From the IMG/VR virus record IMGVR_UViG_3300047470_000295, positions 1-64,000 of that record: DNA of 64,000 nt; one strand, given 5' to 3'. Position 1 is the stretch's first letter. Each line of letters starts with the position of its first letter. A program made the position numbers and the translations under genes. The notes under the pieces were generated by a model, which searched no databases, had not been told where the DNA came from, and saw only the letters and a list, made by a program, of their open reading frames with translations. Origin of the DNA: a virus. Shown in pieces: positions 17,018 through 25,143 of the stretch.

Positions 17018-18001
17018 ATGGCCAGGACTGGCCCGCAGAAGTACCCGGGAGCGTCGACCGCCTACTGGTACGGCGGCAAGTACCCGGGCTCCGCGATGGA
17101 GTCCAACGTGGTGGTCTGGCACACCACCGAAGGAACGTCTCTTCCCTCGTATAGCGGGGGAGCGGAGGCGCCGAACCTCACCGCGAAGCCCGATTTCGCG
17201 GCGAAGAAGCTCGCTTGGTTCCAGCATTTCGACTTCGACGTATCTGCCCGCGCCCTCGTCAACAAGGCGGGCGGTGTAGAGACGAACACCCTCAACGTGT
17301 GCCAGATCGAGATCGTCGGCACCTGCGACCCGGCCACCCACGCGAAGTGGACGAAGGCCGGCTACTCGCATCTGTACACGCCCGAGCTGCCGGACTGGGC
17401 GATCCGCGACCTCGCCGCCTTCGCCAAGTGGGCCCACGATCAGCACGGCGTCCCACTGGCCAGCAGCGTCACCTTCAAGGCGTACCCGGGCAGCTACGGC
17501 GCCAATGGCGTGAGGATGACGGCCGCCAAGTGGACGGCCTTCACCGGGCACTGCGGTCACCAGCACGTCCCCGAAAACGACCACGGCGACCCGGGCCAGT
17601 TCCCGATGGCCGCCATCCTCACCGCCGCCAAGGGCGGCACCAACCCCGCCCAGGAGGACGACGTGGCCCTGACCACGGAGGACATCAAGAAGATCGCCGC
17701 AGCCTCTGCCGCAGCGACGCTGGGTCTCGACGGGGAGATCACCATCCCGGGCGCGCCAGCGACCAACCCGACCTACACGCTGGCCAGCACCCAGACGGAG
17801 ATCCTCAAGCGGATCGACAAGGTCGCCGCGACCGAGGTCGCACAGACCGCAGCCATCACCGCGCTGGCCAAGCTCGTCGGCTCCGGCGCCGACACCGCGA
17901 CGATCGTCGCCGCCGTCCGCAGCGAGATCCAGACCCAGATCGAGAAGGCCGTCATCAAGGTCGACGTCGACGTCACCGGCACCGCAACGAAGGAGTCCTG
18001 A
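17018..18001 (+). CDS. endolysin, N-acetylmuramoyl-L-alanine amidase (amidase_2/PGRP-like) with coiled C-terminal region
   Basis: Motifs VVWHTTEG and GHCGHQHVPENDHGDPG. First gene after the tail module and followed by membrane proteins. Confidence 0.65.
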   Translation: MARTGPQKYPGASTAYWYGGKYPGSAMESNVVVWHTTEGTSLPSYSGGAEAPNLTAKPDFAAKKLAWFQHFDFDVSARALVNKAGGVETNTLNVCQIEIVGTCDPATHAKWTKAGYSHLYTPELPDWAIRDLAAFAKWAHDQHGVPLASSVTFKAYPGSYGANGVRMTAAKWTAFTGHCGHQHVPENDHGDPGQFPMAAILTAAKGGTNPAQEDDVALTTEDIKKIAAASAAATLGLDGEITIPGAPATNPTYTLASTQTEILKRIDKVAATEVAQTAAITALAKLVGSGADTATIVAAVRSEIQTQIEKAVIKVDVDVTGTATKES

Positions 18002-18003
18002 CC

Positions 18004-18366
18004 ATGCGCATCCTCGGAAGAGAACCGGCCGTCGTCCTGGGCGTCGTGTCCGGCGCCCTGTCCCTCATCGTCACCTTCGGGGCCGGCCTTTCGTCGGAGC
18101 AGGCGGGCGCGATCGTCGCCGTCATCTCCGCCGTGTTCGCGGCGATCACCGCCTGGGTGACCCGGCCGATCGTGCCGTCCGCGTTCACCGGCCTCGTCGC
18201 CGCCGTCATCGCGCTCCTCGCCGCGTTCCACTTCGACGTCGCCCCGGAGACCGTCGGTTCGCTGAACGCCCTCGTCCTCGCACTGCTGGTGTTCATCACC
18301 CGCGGGCAGGTCTCCCCGTCGAAGCCGGACGCACCCGCTACAGCGGGCACGCCGACCGGAGTCTGA
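18004..18366 (+). CDS. holin-like membrane protein
   Basis: 120 aa, ATG 3 nt after the lysin stop, with 3-4 hydrophobic helices (VVLGVVSGALSLIVTFGAGL, AIVAVISAVFAAITAWV, GLVAAVIALLAAF, LVLALLVFI). Confidence 0.55.
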   Translation: MRILGREPAVVLGVVSGALSLIVTFGAGLSSEQAGAIVAVISAVFAAITAWVTRPIVPSAFTGLVAAVIALLAAFHFDVAPETVGSLNALVLALLVFITRGQVSPSKPDAPATAGTPTGV

Positions 18367-18789
18367 ATGCTTGGCCGTGTGGCCCGACTTCTGGGGAGGC
18401 GGGGCGCGTTCCTCGCCTCCTTCGGCGGCCTGTGGGCCCTCTACGGCTTCGGGCAGTTGATGGAGCCGCTGCCCGACACCCACGGCATCCGCACCCTCCT
18501 CCACCTCATGCCGCTCGACGCATGGGCCTGGTGCTGGATCGTCGCGGGCCTCGTCGCCATCACGGCCTCCCCCCTCCCACAGGGCCGTGACTGGTACGGA
18601 TTCCCGGCACTGCTGCTGATCGTTGTGCCGTGGATGTGCTCCTACCTGGTCAGCTGGTGGCCGCTCGGAGACAACCCGAGGGGGTGGGTGACGGCACTGA
18701 TCTGGGCGGTAGCCGCAGTGCCGGTGATGGTGGCCGCTGGCTGGCGAGAGCCACCGCAGCCGAAGAGAGTGAGCGGGGATGAACGCTGA
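18367..18789 (+). CDS. membrane protein (second holin-like / lysis accessory)
   Basis: 140 aa with four hydrophobic segments, adjacent to the lysin-holin pair. Confidence 0.45.
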   Translation: MLGRVARLLGRRGAFLASFGGLWALYGFGQLMEPLPDTHGIRTLLHLMPLDAWAWCWIVAGLVAITASPLPQGRDWYGFPALLLIVVPWMCSYLVSWWPLGDNPRGWVTALIWAVAAVPVMVAAGWREPPQPKRVSGDER

Positions 18790-19141
18790 GACGTGGACCG
18801 CACTGTCGGGAGGCGTGGTCGGAGTCGTATCAGCAGGGGTCACCGCTTGGGGCGCACGCTCCGCGCGGCGCACCAAACGGCAAGAGAGCCGAGACGACTT
18901 CCTCGCCATCACGACCCAGCAGGGCAACGCGATCGAACGACTCGAAGCACGCGTCCAACGGCAGGAGACCGAGGCGGAGAAGCAGCGGCAGCGGATCGGC
19001 GACCAGGACGAAGCCATCGGGTGGCTCCTGTACCGGGTCCGCTCCCTCGTCTCCCACATCAAGAAGGCCGGCATGGAACCCCCGGCGGCAGAGCCGATGT
19101 CGGAGCAGGCGGCCCGCTACATCCGCAACATCGATGCGTGA
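18779..19141 (+). CDS. N-terminally anchored coiled-coil protein (lysis-cassette accessory)
   Basis: One N-terminal TM helix (LSGGVVGVVSAGVTAWG) followed by a charged coiled coil. Confidence 0.4.
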   Translation: MNAETWTALSGGVVGVVSAGVTAWGARSARRTKRQESRDDFLAITTQQGNAIERLEARVQRQETEAEKQRQRIGDQDEAIGWLLYRVRSLVSHIKKAGMEPPAAEPMSEQAARYIRNIDA

Positions 19142-19155
19142 GAACTGGAGTACGG

Positions 19156-19317
19156 ATGCCTCAGCCTGAGCCGATCCCGATGCGGCCACGCCGAGACGAT
19201 GCCGCGGCCGACGCGGACACCCTCGAAGAGATGGGCCGCCTCGACGAACAGCCGACACCGGCGCCGTCGATCAGCCCATTCCTCGAACCCGACTACCCGC
19301 CAGACCAGCCCGCGTGA
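19156..19317 (+). CDS. small hypothetical protein
   Basis: 53 aa, ATG at 19156, acidic/Pro-rich, followed by a strong hairpin. Confidence 0.25.
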   Translation: MPQPEPIPMRPRRDDAAADADTLEEMGRLDEQPTPAPSISPFLEPDYPPDQPA

Positions 19318-19322
19318 ACGAC

Positions 19323-19357
19323 GCCCCCGCTAGCCGCCTTCGGGCGGCGGCGGGGGC
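19323..19357 (+). terminator. intrinsic terminator-like nested hairpin ending the late operon
   Basis: GCCCCCGC-tA-GCCGCC-ttcg-GGCGGC-g-GCGGGGGC followed by GCATTTCTG. Confidence 0.55.
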
Positions 19358-19448
19358 GCATTTCTGTCACTGGGGTCAGCTACGTTGCTGTTCCGCGGCG
19401 CGCCACCTGAAAGACGCTCAGGCGCGCATGATCCAAACGGAAGGCGCC

Positions 19449-19883
19449 ATGAGTAGCTCCGACGGTGACGGCATCGTCACGACCCAGCCGATCCACGACC
19501 TCTACCTCTCACTGCTCCTGACCATGATCGAGAGCGGTGATGCTGTAACCAGCATGTCCATCATGCTGAGCACCACCAGTGGCGTTGTTACGGGCGATCT
19601 CGTGTCCCGAGAAGCCTGGAAGGCTCTCTGGACCGAGACGATCCTCACGAAGGCCAACGCGAGTGCCGGTTCGATGGGCCTCTTCCCCGACACCGTCGAT
19701 CGCCTGATCGAAGAGGTAAGAAGTGAGGATGGTGCCAGTGGCGACTCCGACGACTCCAACCCACACTTCGTGCACCTCAAGGACGCCGTCGTCTTCGTCG
19801 GGAAAGATCGCATCAATCTGCGCTTTTGGCGTGGCCGGCTGGACTCGGTAGTTGGCTGGAGCCTCGGTAAGGTCGACGTCTGA
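19449..19883 (+). CDS. GvpU-like protein (gas vesicle accessory protein GvpU family, by recollection)
   Basis: 144 aa from the ATG at 19449 after GGAAGG, with lower GC. Motifs SIMLSTTSGVVTGDLVSREAW and HFVHLKDAVVFVG...FWRGRLDSVVGWSLGK parallel the Bacillus megaterium GvpU pattern (HFIHLKN...FWRGKIAEVDGFFLGK). Confidence 0.5.
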   Translation: MSSSDGDGIVTTQPIHDLYLSLLLTMIESGDAVTSMSIMLSTTSGVVTGDLVSREAWKALWTETILTKANASAGSMGLFPDTVDRLIEEVRSEDGASGDSDDSNPHFVHLKDAVVFVGKDRINLRFWRGRLDSVVGWSLGKVDV

Positions 19884-19894
19884 TCCGCACGACA

Positions 19895-19938
19895 CCGCCC
19901 CCGTTCCTCTCGCCTCAACGGCGGGGGAGCGGGGGCGG
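19895..19938. terminator. hairpin between convergent genes
   Basis: CCGCCCCCG at 19895-19903 pairs with CGGGGGCGG at 19930-19938. Confidence 0.35.
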
Positions 19939-19948
19939 CTTCGTCGTG

Positions 19949-20269
19949 CTAACGCGTCTCGCGGATCGCCTTCGCGAGGTCGTGGATGGCGGCACTGAAC
20001 GCCAGCAGAGAATACGTCTGAGCCCGCGACAGTGCTGCCGCCTGCTCGGCGGAGCCGTCCTCTCCTGCATAGCTGTCGTCCAGACCGTGCACCGCTCGCG
20101 CCTGCAGCTGCTCGTAGCTTCGCTCCGTCATGCCCACCCCTTCGTCGACTGCCAGAGGCGAGAGTCTGTCGAAGGCGGTGCCGGCTGTCAGTAGGGCGTC
20201 GGGGACGTAGCTATAGGTGACCGTCCAATAATCGATCGATTGTTGGACGGTGGGGTGCCAGGTGGTCAT
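19949..20269 (-). CDS. hypothetical protein
   Basis: 106 aa, lower GC, divergent from the recombinase gene. Its 5' end contains a 30-bp near-palindrome. Confidence 0.45.
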   Translation of the reverse strand: MTTWHPTVQQSIDYWTVTYSYVPDALLTAGTAFDRLSPLAVDEGVGMTERSYEQLQARAVHGLDDSYAGEDGSAEQAAALSRAQTYSLLAFSAAIHDLAKAIRETR

Positions 20270-20306
20270 CCTGCGCGTACCTGGGGGTTCAGGTGTCCAA
20301 AAAGGC

Positions 20307-20357
20307 TGTACAGAAAGTCTTGTTGTCTATCAACTCCCAACTACCCTTTTCTGTACA
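20307..20357. promoter_or_regulatory. 10-bp perfect inverted repeat TGTACAGAAA ... TTTCTGTACA upstream of the serine recombinase (candidate recombinase/res-type site or operator)
   Basis: Arms at 20307-20316 and 20348-20357 with 31 bp between them. The right arm ends 8 nt before the recombinase ATG. Confidence 0.45.
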
Positions 20358-20365
20358 CTGAGTTC

Positions 20366-21043
20366 ATGACCTCAGCCGCCCAGTGGGCAGACGAAGGAGA
20401 CGACGCGCTAGCCGCGTTCCCCGCCAACCTCTCCGGCGTTCAGATCGGATACGCCCGAGTCTCAACGAAGGGGCAGAACCTCGACCGCCAGATCGCCGCG
20501 CTCACCGACTGCGGCTGCGCCAAGATCTTCGCTGACAAGAAGTCCGGGAAGAACGCCGAGCGCGAGGAGCTCTGGAAGGCGCTGGAGTACGCACGCCCGG
20601 GCGACACGATCGTCGTCCCCTCCCTCGACCGCCTCGGCCGCTCCATTCAAGACCTGATCGCGATCGTGGGCGGACTTCGCAAGCGCGGCATCGGCTTCCG
20701 ATCACTCCACGAAGCACTGGACACCACCACGCCGGGCGGCCGGCTCGTCTTTCACGTCTTCGCCGCACTGGCCGAGTTCATCCGGGAGTTGATCGTGCAA
20801 GGCACACACGAGGGCCTTGCCGCGGCCCGCGCCAGGGGGGAACGCCTTGGCCGGCCGCCAGCGATGAACGACGAGCAAGTCCGACACGCGCGAGCGATGC
20901 TGGCCGACCCTGAAGCATCCGTCACTTCGATCGCCAAGCTCCTTGGCGTCTCCCGGATGACGATCTATAAATACGTGCCTGAGCTCTCAGCCGGGCGGGC
21001 CTCTCTCGTGGCAACAGATCACTCGAAGGGGATCGCAAGGTGA
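20366..21043 (+). CDS. small serine recombinase (resolvase/invertase family)
   Basis: 225 aa. GYARVSTKGQNLDRQ catalytic-Ser motif, VVPSLDRLGRS, and a C-terminal HTH (ASVTSIAKLLGVSRMTIYKYV). Confidence 0.85.
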   Translation: MTSAAQWADEGDDALAAFPANLSGVQIGYARVSTKGQNLDRQIAALTDCGCAKIFADKKSGKNAEREELWKALEYARPGDTIVVPSLDRLGRSIQDLIAIVGGLRKRGIGFRSLHEALDTTTPGGRLVFHVFAALAEFIRELIVQGTHEGLAAARARGERLGRPPAMNDEQVRHARAMLADPEASVTSIAKLLGVSRMTIYKYVPELSAGRASLVATDHSKGIAR

Positions 21044-21978
21044 CCGACGCGCAGTCTCTGGCCAAGGAGGCGCTACTGGGTGTGGAGGTGGCGATTCGGC
21101 TCATCGCCGAAGCGGAGGGATGGTCAACTCACCTGTACGGAGGTGTCGCAGGATACGTAGAAGCGGTTTGTAAGGCTGGCCACAAGTTCGAGCGGCGGGC
21201 TGTCGACATCTTGGAAGACGTGGCGAACCCGCACAGGTTGCCGGTCGCTGTTTGTCGGGAGTGTGCCGTACCGGAGTACGCCGAGGCGTCGGCGAGGTCG
21301 CTGCGATCTAGAGCGCAAGCGCAAGGCATAGCCCTGGTGGAGCCGATAGAGGGAGGTTCCGCGACGGCGCTGTGCGTCTGTGGCGGCACGTACACCGTGT
21401 ACGCGCACATATATCCGGGACACCCTCTACTTGAAGATCGTTGCTTCATCTGTAATGTGAGGGCCAAGTCTGAGGAGTTGGACTGGTTCTACCGGCAGCT
21501 CGAAGCGGAAGGCGTGACGACGGACCGTCGGCCGACGAATCAGCATCAGCGCGCCAACATCACGTGTCCGCGCGGACACGAGGATCGCTTGAACGCCCGG
21601 CAGGCGTTCAAGCGTGGCCGCGTCTGTCGCCGCTGTTCGGGCACCGTACACAACACTCCGTTCACCGTGTTCTATGTCGTGCAACACCCAGAGACCTGTG
21701 TGGTGAAGTTCGGAGTATCCCGGGGCAGCGGCGAGAGCCGGCTCCGACAGCACGCCGAAACGGGGTACACGATCAGGCATCTAAAGGTGGCGGATCTGCC
21801 CGGGAGCTTGGCGAAACAGGTCGAGGATCACTGCAAAGCGGCCTTGGCTGCTGCTGGTTGGCGCCCGGTGAAGGGGGCCGAGTGGTTCGAAGGCGCTGCG
21901 CTGGAGTCCGTGATCGCCACGGCCAGCAGAATGTTCACGGGCGCAGGGATAGACGTCCATGCTTCGGTGACCCTCTGA
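21040..21978 (+). CDS. zinc-ribbon-rich protein with C-terminal GIY-YIG/T5orf172-like domain
   Basis: GTGA overlap with the recombinase gene. Several C..C/C..H pairs are followed by FTVFYVVQHPETCVVKFGVSRGSGESRLRQH...GAEWF. Confidence 0.55.
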   Translation: MTDAQSLAKEALLGVEVAIRLIAEAEGWSTHLYGGVAGYVEAVCKAGHKFERRAVDILEDVANPHRLPVAVCRECAVPEYAEASARSLRSRAQAQGIALVEPIEGGSATALCVCGGTYTVYAHIYPGHPLLEDRCFICNVRAKSEELDWFYRQLEAEGVTTDRRPTNQHQRANITCPRGHEDRLNARQAFKRGRVCRRCSGTVHNTPFTVFYVVQHPETCVVKFGVSRGSGESRLRQHAETGYTIRHLKVADLPGSLAKQVEDHCKAALAAAGWRPVKGAEWFEGAALESVIATASRMFTGAGIDVHASVTL

Positions 21979-22000
21979 GCCGTGATCCTCGTCTGAGGAC

Positions 22001-22351
22001 CTACCCCAGTACGCCGAGCGCGCTGTCCGGCCGGCAGTGCGTGCACGCCGGGACCTGCGCGGCGAGGGCCCGCCGGGCGTCGTCCTCGGAGACGCCGACG
22101 CTGCGCTTGCCCGCCATGTGGCAGCCCCCGACGTGGACGGCGACGGGCGGTGTGTGTCCGTCGAGGCCGCGCTCGATGAGCCAGTCGGGCTCCGGGGGCC
22201 GGCGCTGGCGGCCCTGCTCGATCTCGGCTTCCCGCTGCTCGGCCGCGGCGATGGCCTGGTCGAGGCGCTGGACCCATAGCTGGTGCCAGGTCCGCAGGGT
22301 GCGGAGCTGGGGCAGGTCGGTCGGAAGGTCGGCCACTACCTCAGCTTGCAC
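22001..22351 (-). CDS. DUF6233-like protein (recollection of a Streptomyces mobile-element-associated family)
   Basis: C-terminal VHVGGCHMAGKRSVGVSEDDARRALAAQVPACTHCRPDSALG. Start uncertain: GTG at 22351 or ATG at 22393, the latter overlapping the divergent gene. Confidence 0.5.
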   Translation of the reverse strand: MQAEVVADLPTDLPQLRTLRTWHQLWVQRLDQAIAAAEQREAEIEQGRQRRPPEPDWLIERGLDGHTPPVAVHVGGCHMAGKRSVGVSEDDARRALAAQVPACTHCRPDSALGVLG

Positions 22352-22357
22352 GTTAAT

Positions 22358-22373
22358 TCGAACACGCGCTCTA
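22358..22373. promoter_or_regulatory. SOS-box-like site TCGAAC-N4-GCTCTA
   Basis: Perfect left half and 4/6 right half of the actinobacterial LexA box TCGAAC-N4-GTTCGA. Ends 8 nt upstream of the LexA-DBD-like gene. Confidence 0.35.
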
Positions 22374-22381
22374 ATCGGAGT

Positions 22382-22606
22382 ATGGCCAGACACCGGGTCG
22401 AGTACCCCACCGAGATCCAGGAGCAGATCCTCCGCATCATCCGCGCGTCCATCCTCGACCGCGGCGAGGCACCCACCGTCGTCGAGATCGGCGCGGCGGT
22501 CGGCTTGTCCAGCCGCAGCTCAGTGCACTATCAGCTCCGTGAGCTCGCCCGGAAGAACGCCATCACCGTCGAGGCGCGTCGGCCGCGCGGGATCCGGCTG
22601 ACGTAG
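22382..22606 (+). CDS. LexA N-terminal DNA-binding-domain-only protein (no S24 peptidase domain)
   Basis: 74 aa: MARHRVEYPTEIQEQILRIIRASILDRGEAPTVVEIGAAVGLSSRSSVHYQLRELARKNAITVEARRPRGIRLT. This is the typical LexA winged-helix layout, and the ORF stops where the hinge would begin. Confidence 0.6.
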   Translation: MARHRVEYPTEIQEQILRIIRASILDRGEAPTVVEIGAAVGLSSRSSVHYQLRELARKNAITVEARRPRGIRLT

Positions 22607-22803
22607 TGGATGACGAGGGCCGCTACCGGCTCACGCTGACGATGGACGGCACCCGCACGATGCGCGGCTGGTGGGCCGACGAGACCGCGGCGCGCGGGCA
22701 GATCCCCGTCTGGGTGCGGGACTGGGGTGTCGAGGGCGCCGTCATCACCCTCGTCGACACCGCCGACGGCACGGTTATCCACAGCTGGCCCGACGAGACG
22801 TGA
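22606..22803 (+). CDS. hypothetical protein
   Basis: 65 aa; GTG shares one base with the upstream TAG stop. Confidence 0.4.
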   Translation: MDDEGRYRLTLTMDGTRTMRGWWADETAARGQIPVWVRDWGVEGAVITLVDTADGTVIHSWPDET

Positions 22804-22822
22804 GCTCTGCCATCCTGGCCGC

Positions 22823-23125
22823 ATGAGCTTGGACCCGAAGTCTCCGTCGATGGCGCTCTGGCATCGCCTGATCGCTGCTGGCGTGAGCGAGGACGAGGCG
22901 CGGACGCTGATGAACGGCTACGCCCACGAGCTGGCGGGGCAGCAGCGGAACTGGGATGCGGAAGCCGCTGGCTACACGGACCCGCAGATGGCCGTGTATG
23001 CCGTCGCCGATCTGATTGATCCAGAGGTCGACGACGATGGAGCAGATGGGGGTGACGTCGACCTGCCACCCGTCGGCGAGTACCGCATCTCGACGCGCCG
23101 CCCCGTTGTCGGTGGCGGCTCGTAG
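22823..23125 (+). CDS. hypothetical protein
   Basis: 100 aa from the ATG at 22823, acidic C-terminus. Confidence 0.4.
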   Translation: MSLDPKSPSMALWHRLIAAGVSEDEARTLMNGYAHELAGQQRNWDAEAAGYTDPQMAVYAVADLIDPEVDDDGADGGDVDLPPVGEYRISTRRPVVGGGS

Positions 23126-23222
23126 AATCGGGTCATCTATTCGCGCTGCATGGCTGCAAGCGCTCGCCCCGCCCTTGATGGACAGCGCCATCGCGGGCGG
23201 GGCGCTCGACTTTGGAGGGGCC

Positions 23223-23633
23223 GTGGACGACCTAGTGAAGTGGCTCGGCGAACAAGTCGACGACGACTTCGAGGCGGCCCGCCTGGTCCTCGGCATCAAC
23301 CTGATGGTCGCCTATCAGCGCGGGAAGCCCGTGCCGCGCTGGGTGCCGAGCCCGGAAGGCGACGCGGGCATCTGGGATACCGACGGCACGCCCCGCGTGA
23401 GGTTCGTGTGGGCGAAAGAGCGGGACCACATCGTCCGCCACGATCCGGCCCGGGTGCTGCGCGAGATCGAGGCGAAGCGGCAGGCCCTCGCCCACTACGA
23501 GCGGATCCGGCAGCACACTCGCCAGGGCGACGAGGCCTACGTCCTGGCCGAGGGTGCGGTCGCCAAGCAGATCCAGATCATGGCCTCGACCTACGACCAA
23601 CGGCCTGGCTACCTGGAGAAGTGGCGACCATGA
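23223..23633 (+). CDS. DUF6221-like protein (recollection)
   Basis: GTG at 23223 after GGAGGGG. VDDLVKWLGEQVDDDFEAA... and HIVRHDPARVLREIEAKRQAL resemble a family common in Streptomyces prophages. Confidence 0.45.
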   Translation: MDDLVKWLGEQVDDDFEAARLVLGINLMVAYQRGKPVPRWVPSPEGDAGIWDTDGTPRVRFVWAKERDHIVRHDPARVLREIEAKRQALAHYERIRQHTRQGDEAYVLAEGAVAKQIQIMASTYDQRPGYLEKWRP

Positions 23634-23980
23634 CGGATGACCTGCTGGCCCTGATCACCTCCGCCGAGGTTCTGTACGCCACCGCCTGCGGGGTGTTCGG
23701 CTCGCGCCCCTGCGCACCACTCTGGCTGAGCTGGCCCCTGCCGATCTGGAACGCAATCGCTCACGACTGGCGTCGGCCGCCCTCGCCGCCGAAGCGCCCG
23801 GACTACGCGCGCATCGCCCGCCTGGAACGCGAACTCGGCATGGTCGAGCAGGAGCCGGAGCTCCCGATCCGCCACGGCCGCACTGTCTGCCTGGCGAAGG
23901 ACTGCGGCGGCGACACCGTCGAGATTCGCACCTGGCAGGGGGCGGTCGCCACCCGCATCCACCGCTGTGAGGCGTCGTGA
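23630..23980 (+). CDS. hypothetical protein
   Basis: 116 aa, ATGA overlap with the upstream gene. Confidence 0.4.
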   Translation: MTDDLLALITSAEVLYATACGVFGSRPCAPLWLSWPLPIWNAIAHDWRRPPSPPKRPDYARIARLERELGMVEQEPELPIRHGRTVCLAKDCGGDTVEIRTWQGAVATRIHRCEAS

Positions 23981-24366
23981 TGAGCCTGACGATCCGCTTC
24001 ATGGGCGGCCCCGTCGACGGTCGGACGTCGGCGATTCCCGACGCGTCGCCGCCGCCGTTGTACTTCATCCCCCTCGCTCCGTCGGTCGCCGAGCTGATGG
24101 ACGTCTCGCTGGAGCCCAGCCCGATCCGTAAGGCCGAGTACGAGCCGCAGATCGAGGGCGGGCTCTTCCGGCTGGGGGACGACGGCGCCTACCTGTACCG
24201 GCACCGTGCTGTCCCGCTGACGGCAGGGGAGCGGGACGTGTTGGCGCGGAAGCGGGAAGAGTCGCGGGCGGCGGAAGCGCGGAGGGTCGCAGAGCGAGAC
24301 GAGGCGTGGCAGCAGATCCGCAAGGAGCGGCCCGGCTACCCGGAGGACTGGCGCGACCTCTTCTAG
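23977..24366 (+). CDS. hypothetical protein
   Basis: 129 aa, GTGA overlap with the upstream gene. Confidence 0.4.
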   Translation: MMSLTIRFMGGPVDGRTSAIPDASPPPLYFIPLAPSVAELMDVSLEPSPIRKAEYEPQIEGGLFRLGDDGAYLYRHRAVPLTAGERDVLARKREESRAAEARRVAERDEAWQQIRKERPGYPEDWRDLF

Positions 24367-24566
24367 GCTGCCTCGGCCGCCGCATGCCGCACGACCTTCT
24401 TCAGCCCCATCTCGACGTCCAGCCGGGGCAACTGGGCCTGCTCGGCGAACGCGGCGATCCCCTCATGCACAGCCAGCGCCGTGGGAACGGTCAGCTCGCC
24501 TGCCTGAATCTCCGCCCAGGCGGAACGTTCCAGCGCGATCAGGTCGGGGGGAAAGTCGATAGCCAC
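24363..24566 (-). CDS. small hypothetical protein
   Basis: 67 aa from an in-frame GTG (VAIDFPPDLIALERSAWAEIQAGELTV...). The 206-aa track ORF is probably an over-extension. Confidence 0.35.
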   Translation of the reverse strand: MAIDFPPDLIALERSAWAEIQAGELTVPTALAVHEGIAAFAEQAQLPRLDVEMGLKKVVRHAAAEAA

Positions 24567-24632
24567 CGCAGGATCATAGGTCGCCGCCTCAAAGCCCTCA
24601 CATCGGCACCACGAACGACGCACCCTGAAGCC

Positions 24633-24914
24633 ATGACCACAGCCGTAGAGCGCCCGACGATCCGCCTCGTCGACGGCAGGCGCATGCAGTGCAAGGACAT
24701 CCCCGACGAGGCCTTCCTGGAGGCGGTCCGCCGCTGCCCCGGCTCCCCGCTGCTCGGCGCCCGGAACCGGTGGGAAGTCCACGCCGAGCTGGAGGTCACG
24801 GCCGGGAGCCTTCCGGAGAACCTCTTCCTCGCGAAGACCCGCCGGCTCATCGCCCGCGGCCTGATCGACGGCTGCGCCTGCGGATGCCGCGGCGACTTCA
24901 CCCTCACCAAGTAG
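24633..24914 (+). CDS. hypothetical protein
   Basis: 93 aa from the ATG at 24633 (MTTAVERPTIRLVDGRRMQCKD...). Confidence 0.4.
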   Translation: MTTAVERPTIRLVDGRRMQCKDIPDEAFLEAVRRCPGSPLLGARNRWEVHAELEVTAGSLPENLFLAKTRRLIARGLIDGCACGCRGDFTLTK

Positions 24915-25040
24915 CCTGCAAGCGTGGGCGTCCCGTGCGTGGCTGGCCAGCGCGCGCCCGTCCAGGTAGCTGCCTAGCCTCAACGCCAGGGGCGCAGCGG
25001 CGGCCGTCCGACGGCGGGACCCGGACGGCGCTGGATCCCC

Positions 25041-25143
25041 TGTGCCATGCTGAGTACGCGGCTAGCTCAACGTCAGAGCGCCTGCAGCCCGCTCTCAGGG
25101 TGTCGCAGGAGATGCCGGTTCAATTCCGGCACCGCACAAACCA
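25041..25143 (+). ncRNA. tRNA-like element / degenerate tRNA (possible att-associated tRNA remnant)
   Basis: Canonical T arm GCCGG-TTCAATT-CCGGC (25114-25130) and a D-arm-like GCTC-AACGTCA-GAGC. A 5-bp end helix pairs TGTGC with GCACA, followed by ACCA-like AAACCA. No canonical anticodon arm or 7-bp acceptor stem could be folded by hand. Confidence 0.35.

Noticed and set aside
17373-17381. TCTGTACAC inside the endolysin gene as a possible partner site for the serine recombinase repeat
   Set aside because: It is only a 9-nt partial match within coding sequence. This is expected by chance and has no inverted partner.
21564-22601. 345-aa plus-strand ORF bridging the GIY-YIG gene, the DUF6233-like gene and the LexA-like gene
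   Set aside because: It is an Arg/Ser/Pro-rich off-frame read crossing three independently supported genes on both strands.
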